Shown piece after piece: positions 52,801-61,882 of a stretch of 64,000 nucleotides of DNA. Origin of the DNA: Lama glama (lineage: Eukaryota); the NCBI GenBank assembly GCA_028534125.1, contig CM052816.1:57228001-57292000 (forward strand), given 5' to 3'. Numbering within the stretch: the stretch's first letter is position 1; every line of letters starts with the position of its first letter. The position numbers and the translations under genes are program-made. Under the pieces are notes generated by a model that was not told the origin of the DNA, did no database searches, and saw nothing but the letters and a program-made list of their open reading frames with translations.

Positions 52801-55800
52801 AAAAGGAACAACAACAACAAAAAGAGGTAAGATAGACTTTACCAGAAATGTAACTACTAATATTAATAACATGTCAAATAAAGGACACAAAAGAATTTTA
52901 TTGTAATTAAAAATCTGAAGAGTAAGAGTCTTTATAAAATAATAGATTATTTTGCTGTAAATGTCTACTTATATGCCAACACAATCCATAGAATATCCAG
53001 ATGATGAAAGGATATCATTCTGATTTGCTTCTGGTTTTATACTATAGCCCTCTTCATCTACATCAGGAATGTTCTGGGGGGAAAGAAAAAAAAAACTTTA
53101 CTATAACAATAGTTCCAGCTGTGAAAACCTTAAAAGTTAGCAAAATAGCCTTAACTATTACTGAGGGGCTTTATAATTTATCAGATATCAGTAGATTAAC
53201 AAAATTATTAAACCTGTGGGAAAATTATATCTTTTTAATCGACTTCAAATTATACTCCATGCTTCAGATGATCTGAAAGAGAAAAGCACTGCAAAACAAA
53301 CAGGAGAAACACTGAAAGGAAGAGAATAGGTGTGTGGGTAGGCATGCCAGCAGTTCTGTGGATAACCAAGTTTTCACCCAAATCTTCAAAGTGGAAGAAA
53401 AAGGCATAAGACTGTGTGTGTCCAGGGAAGAGAGGTGGTAAAATCAAAGGACTGACAGCTTAAGTACATGGAAATATCTACTATAAATACAGAACAAAAA
53501 AAACAGAAATAAAAGACTACCAAGAAAATTTAAACTACATTAAAATACCATCTCTTACCCATGAGACTGGCAAAAATTCAAGAGTCTGAAAATATACTCT
53601 GTTGGCAAAGCTGTGAGGAAATGTACTCTTATACTTTGCTGGCATAAGTACAAAACAGTACAATGCTACAGAGAGAAATTTAGCAATATCTAACAAAAAT
53701 ATGTATGTGTTTACTCATCCATGCAGGAATTGTTTCTAGGAATTTACCCCAAAGATACACCCCCAAGAATGTAAAAATACATGTGCAACAAGGTTATTTA
53801 TCAGAGAATATTTTTACTCAAAATTGCTGGAAAGTACTAAATGTCCAAGCATAGTTGAATACACTTCATACACAAAATGAAGTATTATGCAGCTATTAAA
53901 AAAAATGAGAAAGGTTTCCATGAAGCAATATGGAGTGACTTCTGGGAAATACTGCTAACTGAAAAAAAACTAAGTACAAAAGAACATGTATAGTATCTTT
54001 TAAGTAAGAAATTAAAAAACCATATAGATATCTGCTTATCATTATTAAGAAAAACTGCTGGAAGGATAAATCAGAACACAATAAAGTTGGCTACCTAAGA
54101 AGGGAGGACAATTGAGCAAAAGGGATAAAGGAGAGAGGGACACATCTAAATATGCTTTTGTGGTTTGACAACAGAATATAAAATTTATGCTCAAATGGAT
54201 CAGAAAAGAAACTATACACATATAAACACATGCACATATATACGGAAAATGCAACTGTTAAAGCAAATGCAGTAAAAAGTTAAAGGTATATACTTTGTAC
54301 TATTTTATTCTCATATTTTTTGCAGGTTAGAATTTACTTCCAAGTAAGTTTTAAAAATGGGAAAGAAAGAAAAGAAAAAAGACTGCCAAGAAATGCCAGG
54401 GTTTACTAGTTCTATATAATTGGGCAGCCAATATCCATCTCCTGGCAGTTTGCCATTCTTCCTCCAATCACTTGCTAAAGCTCAGCAAGAGAAATAGGAA
54501 GGATCACTAATCTGACAGGCCCAGCACAAGGTTTACACAGCTATAGCCTCCAAGCTGAAAAAACAGTCTAATGTAGCCAGCAGTGACTTAACAGACTGGA
54601 TTAAAGCCTAGAAGTGAAAAATCTAATATAGGGTAAAGAGCAGATTCCATATAAAAAGATGACAACTGATGTAATTATGACCCTACAAGTAAAGCATTTT
54701 CTTTGAGTTCTATATGTTGCTTGCTAGTATGCAAATAACATTTTAAAATACTTTAAAAACAAAGAAGCTTTGACAAATGTGGATTCATCAGAAATCAGAA
54801 TTAAAAAATTTTTTCAAAATACTTTATTCCTATTCCCAGTACCCTAGAAACATACCAGATATTGGGTTTCCTAGAGGTTTTATCTGGGAACTGCCACTGC
54901 CACTACTTTTAAATTTGTTTACAATACTTTATACAGGACAATGTAATAATTTTAAATAATACTGAGCTGTTCTCTGTTAAGACTGAATAAACTGCTTTTG
55001 AATCAATCTCCTGTAGATTACAACTATAAACTCCGGTCAAAATAAACAGACAACTATCTGAAGGTACTGAAGAGTGACCCACAGCAGCTACTTAAAAAGA
55101 TACACAAGGTGATAACACTTAAAAAAACAACAACTATAAATCAAAATGAAATTCTAAAAAAAGTTCAAATAATCCAGTAAAAAAAAAAACCCCAAAATTC
55201 AAAAAAAAAAAAAAGAGAAAGAGAGGAACAAATAGAAAACAAAAAATAAGATGTCAGACTTAAGCCCTCACATGTCAATAATCACTTTAAGTATCAATGG
55301 TCTAAATATAAAAAAATCTAGATTGGCAGAATGAATTTAAGGAAGTATGACCCAACTATATGCTACTCACAAGAAACTCACTTCAAATATAAAACAGAGG
55401 TAGGTTGAAAGGAAAAGGATAGAAAAAACATACCATGTAAATATTAGTTTAAAAAACAAAAAAGACAGTCACTATTAGATAAAAACAGACTTCAGAAAGA
55501 AAATGACCAGTGTCAGACATTATATCCACACAAAGACCTGTATACAACTGTTCAAAACAACATTTCTAACAGCCAAAAGTTGGAAACAACTAAATGTCCC
55601 ACAATAGGTGAATGGTTAAACAAACTCTGGTACATCTATATCATGGAATACTATTCAGCAATAAAACGGAATGAACTATTCATACATGCAACAACCTGAA
55701 GAATCTCCAGAGAATGGTGCTGGGTGAAAAAAGCCTATCCCAAAAGTTTACATACAGTATGATTCCACTTAAATAACATTCTTGAAATGATTTAATTATA

Positions 55801-58800
55801 GAAATGGTGAAAAGATTAGCGGTTGCCAGATCAGGGAGAAGGAGGGAATGAAACAAAAGTGGCTGAAAAAGGGCATCAAAATGAAAGATCCTTGGAACAC
55901 TGGAATTTCACACAACATTGTAAAATGATTATAAATCAATAAAAAATGTTAAAAAATACATATAAAAATAGTAATTTTCTTATTTAAAGGCTGAAATATA
56001 AAACAAAAATACTAGTATTATCTTAAGTAACATAAAGCACAGTGTTTTACAGAATACCTAGTTTTTTATTTTGGTACACCAATATCCTATAAAAGAGCAT
56101 AACATGTTGTGGCCAAAAGAAACAACAGTAATGCAAGCAAGAACAATAAAGGAAACAGCTGGACTCTACTGCACTTATCAACATGAGCAGTGTCTAATGA
56201 ATTCTAATGAACAATTTGAAAAATGTGTCTGTCTACACATTACTTACATCATTTGGTAAATCTACTCTCCCACTGTACCCACAGGGAGCTCCATCTGATG
56301 TCTTCTTTAATTACATATAAAGAAATATATTTAAACAAAGAAATATAAACAAACTTTCTTTAAAACAAAACAAAAAGCACAGAAAAGTACTAACCATGGT
56401 TGTTGCTATTTTTTCTAAAACTACAGTCTGCTAAACAAAATTCAAATATAATGAACAGATAAAAGCAGTATTTTAACAGATCTAAGAATCAATTAATAAG
56501 AGCACCACATTTTAAAATAAAGTAGGCAGGTTTGAAATTTGACATATTTCCCAAGAAAAAGCAATATTCTACGGCACCACTTCAATTTTAAAAGTAAAAT
56601 ATCCACTTTTCAAAGATAGTTAGAAATATCTTCTATTATTAGTAAACCAAGGGTATCAAAGCTTATAGCAATGTAAAGCCAAAAATGCATCTGTAAAGTA
56701 ATTTTTTAAAAATAATTTTAATAGTGAATTTATAATAACATGGTTAGTATTTTTCTTGGAAACGTTTGTGAATAGCTCAACCCAAATATGCTGGGTATTT
56801 CCTAATGGAAACAGCTAAACTGTTTATACCAAAATAAAATCTACTTACAAGTGAATCTGCATCAGGGCATTCCCTGTTAAAATAAACAAAATATTAGAAA
56901 TATTCAACTGTTAGAACTATCTGATAATTACACTAAACTGAAAGTTTTGGCTTTGGTATTTAAATATAACTTTTATTTAAACTCTAGGAAAATTAGAGAA
57001 ATCAAATCATGAAGATTAAAATATACCAAATGATTTTAAAATTCACACAAAGACATTACCCTGTACCATACTAAAAGATAAAATAAAACAAACAGCTTAC
57101 GAGTATTTTAAAAACTACTTTCAAAAGTACTTCTTTTCCATGAATACACACAAGAATCATATCAAGGAAGCTGTCAGCCCTACAAGGATTTCTGGTGGCT
57201 TTTAATCCTTCAGGTGGAGAAAGAAAAAAAAAAATCCCTCAAAGAAGAAAATCTGGCTTTAAAAAATAATCTATATTTTTATTGGTAAAAAATAGTAAAT
57301 AACATATTTAAATTAAAATTTTTTTAAACTTCAGTTTCCTTCCCATAAGCTAGCATATAGGGAAGTGAAGCCACCTTTCTCCAAATGTTAAATGAGCAGC
57401 TAGACTTTCAGCCAGAATAGTTTCTAGTCTAATGTAATATGTAATTGAGAACTGATATTTTATAATTTAACTAGTAAGCAAACAAGAATCTGGATATAAT
57501 CTAGTGAAAACTATTACTTTAAATGTAAAGCTAAAACATAAATATCAACATTCTCGACTAGCCAAATAAAGACCTAAAACTTAAAATTAAAGACATTAAA
57601 GCCATGAGGAGTAAGGTGAGAAAAATTTGTATGTATACTAGTTCTAAAACAAATTCACAAACAAAAATTAGAGTGCGTATTTTAAAAGCACTAGCTTAGT
57701 TACACAGTCTTTGGCTTGAGATATTAATGCATATAGTGTGAGATTTTGCCACTTTAATAATAAACTGAAAACACAGACATTAGATACACCTTAAGAGCCA
57801 AACGAACAATAATAAATGGCACTAAATATATAGGGAAAGCACTTAATATACAGGATAAACAGGTAATCTGTATCAATCCAAAGACTAAGCACAAACCAGG
57901 AAAATCTACAAATTAAAGAATTTTGTTCAAGAAAGGATGAAAGAGACTGAAAAAGTGAAAAAAGAGGGAGATGACTATACTGTTCTTAATCCAAATGGAA
58001 GCACCAAAGAGACAGGATGAATGCAACCCCCACATGTCTTTATATCCACTTAAAATAGCAAATTTTGAAAAAAAGCTTCCTTATTATTGGTAGATTATAA
58101 GAAATATTTTATCAAAAAAACCTATGCATACTCTGAAGAAATGTTCCAAAATAGGTACTAGGATAATAAGTTCAATCCCTGTACAGAATAAAATCAATTA
58201 AGATGTGAGAAGACTTTTCTACTTTCTTCTTTTTTTTTTTTTAAAGATAAAATGTAAATATAAAAGTAAGTATAAAAGTTCCAAACTGTTAATTCTCTGG
58301 CTTAAACCAGAATCCTCCAGTCTTTGCGGTAAAGCACTCATCTGTTTGCTTCACAGTGCACAGTGTGAGACCTGCAGGTGAAATCCCAGGAAGACTATGC
58401 TCTGAGCAAGACCCCTCATCCACAACTGCTGGCATTTCTAAAGCCTTCAGGCTATGAGAAGAAGCATGCCAAGAGCCTCGGGCATTTCAAGCAAAATGAA
58501 ATCTCAACTTTTTTTTCTGCCAGGAAGTGTTGAAAGAAGGCGATCATGATGACCTAGTATTCTTATTGGTCAAATATTCCAATATCCAAGTGGCCTAAAT
58601 GATCATACTGGGAAATTATGGTCATGAAAAATTGTTTTAAAAACATGAAATAAACAAAAATATTATAAGCTCCCTAAATGAACAGCTGTGAAAACCATAC
58701 ATTGTAAAAACATTTTAACTCTTTCTAATACAGTCACTAACAGATAAACTGGCTACACTGTAAAAATTTACTTTAAAAAATCAATTGTTTAGATTTCAAT

Positions 58801-61800
58801 ATGTATTTCCAATATTATAAAAAGAGACGAGGTTCCATCCCCTTAGCAAAATACCCTCTTCACAATGTTCAAAAAACATCTGCAGAAGAGACAATAGCTA
58901 TATGCATAAATTACTTTGCAAACAGTCTTAATTTGTAACCAAATACTACTAGGGGAGGGGTAAGAAACAGACATTTAGAATGGTAGAAACTCAGATACCA
59001 AGAATATAACCAGAGAGGAGGCAAGAATACCCGAAGCACAAATTGTTCTCTTACATTGAAAAATGTGAGTGCCCATCAAAATACTAAATCTCGGGAGAGT
59101 TTTGCTGATTATGCTAGAGAAATAGGGATTTTAAACAAATTTTCAGTCAATGTTATTAGGTCAACAAATCACTCAAGACTTTTGACTAATCTAAACGGGT
59201 CGAATAATTAAGCAAAGAAAAATTCCTTTAATTCCAGTTTGTCTCTGGTTAATCATAGCTCAATGATTCCCAATCCCACGTGTATATCAGGAATCACATA
59301 GGCTGCTTAGAGTAAAACAAAAACTATGCTGGGCCCTCACGCCCCAAGAATCCCATTTAATTGGTCTGAGGCAGGGCCTGGCATAGATATACTTATTTTA
59401 ACTTCCCAAGAAGTTCTCATATGTAGCCAAGGTAGAAAACTTCACTTAGCGAATACTAGTTTAATTTCTTTATATGCTAATTATGTTTCTTTGTATATTA
59501 ATTTCTTATTTTTAAAAAAGGTAAATGAAATTTACACTCCATCTGGCATCTAAAAATGATGAACTAGTATAAATGTTTAACAAATGTTAGGGCTTTTTTT
59601 CCTCCATTTAAGATTTTCTATTTATGTATACATATATCAATGTGTGCCTATATGCTTAGAGTTGTCCTAAAGGATCTTCATCAAATTGTTGACCATGGCT
59701 TTTTTCTTATATTAAGACTAAGAAAATGTTTGTTTTCTTTGCATCTTTGTTTAATTTTTTAAAATATGCCTTACCATTTTATAAAATAAGAGTAACTTTA
59801 AAGTTTCAATTTCAAAACACTAAAGCTTTATAAAATCTTGAAATTTTAAAATAAGAAAAGTTAATACTTTAAACTAAAACTAGAAAAGCTGGCAGATGTT
59901 TCTAGAAAAGTGTGTATTTTTCATACTTTAGTTATATATACTTTGAGTTATTTGCAAAAGTTTTTTCTTTTCAAATTAATAACAAAAGCCTTATTCTTAA
60001 TTATTTATAGCAACAGAAAGGATTTTGACAATATTTAATATACTTACACAGATTCTGTATCCTTTTCCTTTTTAATTATGCCTGGCAAACCAAAAGTCTT
60101 TCTTTTCCTTGGTTTTATACCTTAAAATAAATGTATATTGTTACAGAAACATAACTATTCCTGATAAATATATTAAACTTATGAATACATCTGGTATCCT
60201 GACACACAATTTGCTCATAATTGTTGATACTAAATTTGGACGAAAGAAATAAAAATATCAACTGCTGAACCTTAATATTTAATTTAGAGTCATAGTCTGT
60301 TTAGATTTTTCTTATGTTAATATAATAAAGCCTGTTATTCACCAAAAGGCTATATATAGAACATTCACTTTATAGATGAAATTCTCTCTTCCCCTCCTAA
60401 GTCTCCCCTAAATCACCTCAGGCAAAATAAGCATTTGCAGATTTCCTAAAACTTCAAAGTACATTATTTACCACGTTAGATTCTGTTATAATTGCAGATC
60501 AAATCATGTTTCCTGTACACAGGGTCACAAAATATAAATGTGCTGTTTTAAATAAAAAGATAACATGACAGATCCATTAATAGTATAACATGGGAAACTT
60601 ACAATATGGCATTATTGTCCATATGTTATCTCTAATATAAACCATAAATGAAGAATACCATCTTTTTTTAACTATAGTTATAGTTTATTCAGATTTCCTT
60701 AACAAATATCATCTTTGTTTTGCCTAATATGGCAGTTCCCCCACTTTTTGCATGGCAAATTATATTTTAAATGTCATGCTATCAATTGTTAATAGAATCC
60801 AGCGCTTTAAAGCCTGGCTACTTACCGTTTGAGAACCAGAGCACATCTAAGCTAATTTCTCACCTTATACATGAGGAAACTCAGGCTATTATGGTTTTCT
60901 TTTTTTTTAACTCAGTTTTATACATCTAGTAAATACTATAGCCAGGATTACAATCCAAGTGTCTTAGAATAATGTACTTGCTTTCATGCAAAACTAACTC
61001 CCTGAATCATACATCTGAATACCATAATATTTTCAAAATACATCATTTTTATTCTCATGGAGTAGGTATTATTTATTATCCACATTTTAAAAGAATTTTT
61101 AAAATTCTCTTAAACTTTAAAAAAATTATTTTAATGTACAGAGAATTTAAATAATTATTGCTCTCAAACAGTGAGAACTATAGTCTAGGCCCCAGAGCTC
61201 CTGGCTGCTCTGATAACCTTACACACAACAGCAAACCATTTCTCCAAATTCTTACACAGGCCTTGGAACAAACAGAAGACTGCTTCCAAATTATTTCTAG
61301 CAGCTTACAAAGTGAGATACATAAAACATGACAAAAATTGTGGATGTCTCTTGGGTTTCATACTATGAAAAACATCAATTTATAATAGGAGAGGTTGTGG
61401 ACCCTTTCTCCAAGTCACATCATCAACCTATTTTGAATGATAACATTAGCATTAATGCACAGCCTTATTAATTATTAAAATGTTAACTCATTGTAGCATA
61501 AGCAGTATACATTAATATATGTTGATGACCTTCATATTTATATTAGAATGTTTAAAGATGGGTATCAATGGAGAAAACATTCTCAATGTATATCTGAAAA
61601 CAAATACATGTTATATTTAATCTTTAAAATATATGTATTCTAACACTAATATTCCTTTGGGCAAACTTACTGCTTATTAAGTAGACATTAATATCTGCAG
61701 GTCTTTGAACCATAACTCAAATTTTTTTTACATCACTCTATAGACATGCTAACACCACTGGACAGCAGCTCCTCTTTATTTGTTCAGTAAACAGAAGCTA

Positions 61801-61882
61801 TTAGCTAGTTGCCACATGTTACAACTGGTCAACTTACCCTCAACTGCACTAGCAGGGTCACATTCTTCAAATTCAAAAAGGC
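16874..61882 (-). CDS. FCHO2: FCH and mu domain containing endocytic adaptor 2, last 18 exons (linker and mu-homology domain); the F-BAR exons lie beyond the window end
   Basis: Spliced translation GLFEFEECD...[12 protein letters not shown]...[21 protein letters not shown]...FATGRYLADC* matches FCHO2; all exon phases are consistent. Confidence 0.98.
17215..17379 (-). CDS. FCHO2: FCHO2 exon ~25 (165 nt) [15 protein letters not shown]...KKRFAT
   Basis: AG/GT boundaries, phase 1-1. Confidence 0.96.
20196..20260 (-). CDS. FCHO2: FCHO2 exon ~24 (65 nt) [21 protein letters not shown]
   Basis: AG/GT boundaries, phase 2-1. Confidence 0.96.
20591..20755 (-). mobile_element. tRNA-Ala-derived SINE (vic-1-like, camelid)
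   Basis: GGGGAGGGTATA...GCTTAACATGCACAAGGTCCTAG..TCAATCCCCAGTACC..AAATAAACCTAATTACC on minus; ATACTAAT direct repeat on both flanks. Confidence 0.85.
20778..20937 (+). mobile_element. Short L1 3'-end fragment
   Basis: Same 3'UTR type as 6925-7162; AATAAA plus A-tail; AGAGGGAA repeat at 20770-20777 and 20938-20945. Confidence 0.8.
21334..21533 (-). CDS. FCHO2: FCHO2 exon ~23 (200 nt) [19 protein letters not shown]...LPPAI
   Basis: AG/GT boundaries, phase 0-2. Confidence 0.97.
24164..24250 (-). pseudogene. 3'-truncated (tailless) 5S rRNA retropseudogene
   Basis: Minus strand GTCTACAGCCATACCACCCTGAA...GCTAAGCAGGGTCGGGCCTGGTTAGTACTTGGATGG; 16-bp TSD TGTTCTCTGTATCTCT at 24148-24163 and 24251-24266; no A-tail. 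Confidence 0.93.
24493..24715 (-). pseudogene. Processed retrocopy of an unidentified polyadenylated RNA 3' end
   Basis: Non-L1 sequence interrupting the L1 3' region; ATTAAA (24516-24521) about 12 nt before an 11-nt A-tail. Confidence 0.65.
28184..28316 (-). CDS. FCHO2: FCHO2 exon ~22 (133 nt) [16 protein letters not shown]...DVLKYQ
   Basis: AG/GT boundaries, phase 2-0. Confidence 0.97.
28673..28828 (-). CDS. FCHO2: FCHO2 exon ~21 (156 nt) [16 protein letters not shown]...NAQLVF
   Basis: AG/GT boundaries, phase 2-2. Confidence 0.97.
29090..31605 (+). mobile_element. Long, ancient L2 remnant
   Basis: C/T-rich L2-like sequence with RT-region phrase TCTTGACCT..CTTCCTTCATGAAA (~30537) and L2 3' end ACATAG..AAATATTTGATGAAT (~31600). 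Confidence 0.7.
32087..32198 (-). CDS. FCHO2: FCHO2 exon ~20 (112 nt) [37 protein letters not shown]
   Basis: AG/GT boundaries, phase 1-2. Confidence 0.97.
35160..35219 (-). CDS. FCHO2: Candidate 60-nt alternative exon [20 protein letters not shown]
   Basis: TAG acceptor after a pyrimidine tract, CAAG/GTATTG donor, phase 1-1, open in the FCHO2 frame. Confidence 0.6.
35835..35995. mobile_element. MER5-like hAT-Charlie MITE (similar copies near 21695-21875, 38655-38830, 59260-59445)
   Basis: TTCTCAAACTT..GCATCAGAAT..TGCATTTCT..CAGGTGATGC..CACACTTT motifs. Confidence 0.75.
36708..36837 (-). CDS. FCHO2: FCHO2 exon ~19 (130 nt) [28 protein letters not shown]...NTPTV
   Basis: AG/GT boundaries, phase 0-1. 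Confidence 0.97.
38387..38640. mobile_element. MER3-like hAT DNA transposon remnant
   Basis: Terminal inverted GCGCTGTCCA...TAGACAGCAC and internal ATGTGGCTA motif. Confidence 0.6.
40240..40512. mobile_element. MER2/Tigger-like DNA transposon remnant
   Basis: CCCTTGGTATCCAC...CTTTAAATCATCTCTA..TTACTTATAATACCTAA...GGATGCAGAAC..CGACTGT. Confidence 0.7.
41529..41632 (-). CDS. FCHO2: FCHO2 exon ~18 (104 nt) [35 protein letters not shown]
   Basis: AG/GT boundaries, phase 1-0. Confidence 0.97.
43280..43930 (-). pseudogene. Decayed exon-like segment resembling the long Pro-rich SGIP1 exon
   Basis: Colinear peptides QWISFTDE (43787-43810), [15 protein letters not shown] (43467-43511), APPPAPPP (43351-43374); frameshift and stops. 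Confidence 0.55.
45260..45342 (-). other. Candidate 83-nt frameshifted or poison exon
   Basis: Strong acceptor TTTTTTGCTGTTTCCTTCAG and donor TCAG/GTAGAA; in the FCHO2 frame reads [16 protein letters not shown]. Confidence 0.45.
46856..46947 (-). CDS. FCHO2: FCHO2 exon ~17 (92 nt) [30 protein letters not shown]
   Basis: AG/GT boundaries, phase 2-1. Confidence 0.96.
48845..49175 (+). mobile_element. Old L1 3'-end fragment
   Basis: GGATACATGTCATT..TTTGTCAAAAC..ACACCAAGAGTGAAC..TGTGAACCTAAAATTGCTCTAAAAAATA. Confidence 0.75.
49196..49238 (-). CDS. FCHO2: FCHO2 exon ~16 (43 nt) [13 protein letters not shown]
   Basis: AG/GT boundaries, phase 1-2. Confidence 0.94.
50512..50536 (-). CDS. FCHO2: FCHO2 exon ~15, 25-nt microexon VQMNRNSS
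   Basis: TTAG/GTAAGT boundaries, phase 0-1. Confidence 0.93.
50890..50901 (-). CDS. FCHO2: FCHO2 exon ~14, 12-nt microexon RHSP
   Basis: CTAG/AGACACAGTCCA/GTAAGT, phase 0-0; matches FCHO2 SRHSPV. Confidence 0.92.
51631..51840 (+). mobile_element. Two tandem tRNA-Ala-derived SINE units (vic-1-like): ~51631-51716 and ~51725-51840
   Basis: Two GGGGAGGGTAT.GCTCAGTGGTAGAG..CTTAGCAT..GGTCCTGG.TTCAATC units with A and B boxes; AAGAA..GTTTTA repeat on the outer flanks. Confidence 0.9.
52555..52730 (-). CDS. FCHO2: FCHO2 exon ~13 (176 nt) [19 protein letters not shown]...[10 protein letters not shown]
   Basis: AC acceptor (U12 intron), GT donor, phase 1-0. Confidence 0.96.
52731..53015 (-). other. 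U12-type (minor spliceosome) AT-AC intron, 285 nt
   Basis: 5' end ATATCCTTT, branch site TTCTTTAAC at 52742-52750, 3' end CAC; splicing restores N-D-T-K-E. Confidence 0.95.
53016..53073 (-). CDS. FCHO2: FCHO2 exon ~12 (58 nt) [19 protein letters not shown]
   Basis: CAG acceptor, ATATCC donor, phase 0-1. Confidence 0.96.
53540..55960 (+). mobile_element. Cluster of old L1 fragments (~53540-54350, ~55000-55880, short L1 3' end ~55895-55955)
   Basis: L1 ORF2 and 3'UTR phrases (GACCCAACTATATGCT..CAAGAAACTCACTT, CTGGTACATCTATATCATGGAATACTATTCAGCAATAAAA). Confidence 0.7.
56248..56304 (-). CDS. FCHO2: Candidate 57-nt alternative exon [19 protein letters not shown]
   Basis: AAG acceptor (NAGNAG), consensus GAT/GTAAGT donor, phase 0-0, open frame. 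Confidence 0.65.
56395..56430 (-). CDS. FCHO2: Candidate 36-nt alternative exon [12 protein letters not shown]
   Basis: TTTTGTTTAG acceptor, ATG/GTTAGT donor, phase 0-0, open frame. Confidence 0.4.
56849..56873 (-). CDS. FCHO2: FCHO2 exon ~11, 25-nt microexon ECPDADSL
   Basis: CAG/GTAAGT boundaries, phase 2-0. Confidence 0.94.
60048..60120 (-). CDS. FCHO2: FCHO2 exon ~10 (73 nt) [23 protein letters not shown]
   Basis: AG/GT boundaries, phase 1-2. Confidence 0.96.
61838..61882 (-). CDS. FCHO2: FCHO2 exon ~9 (45 nt) [15 protein letters not shown]
   Basis: AG/GT boundaries, phase 1-1. Confidence 0.95.
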
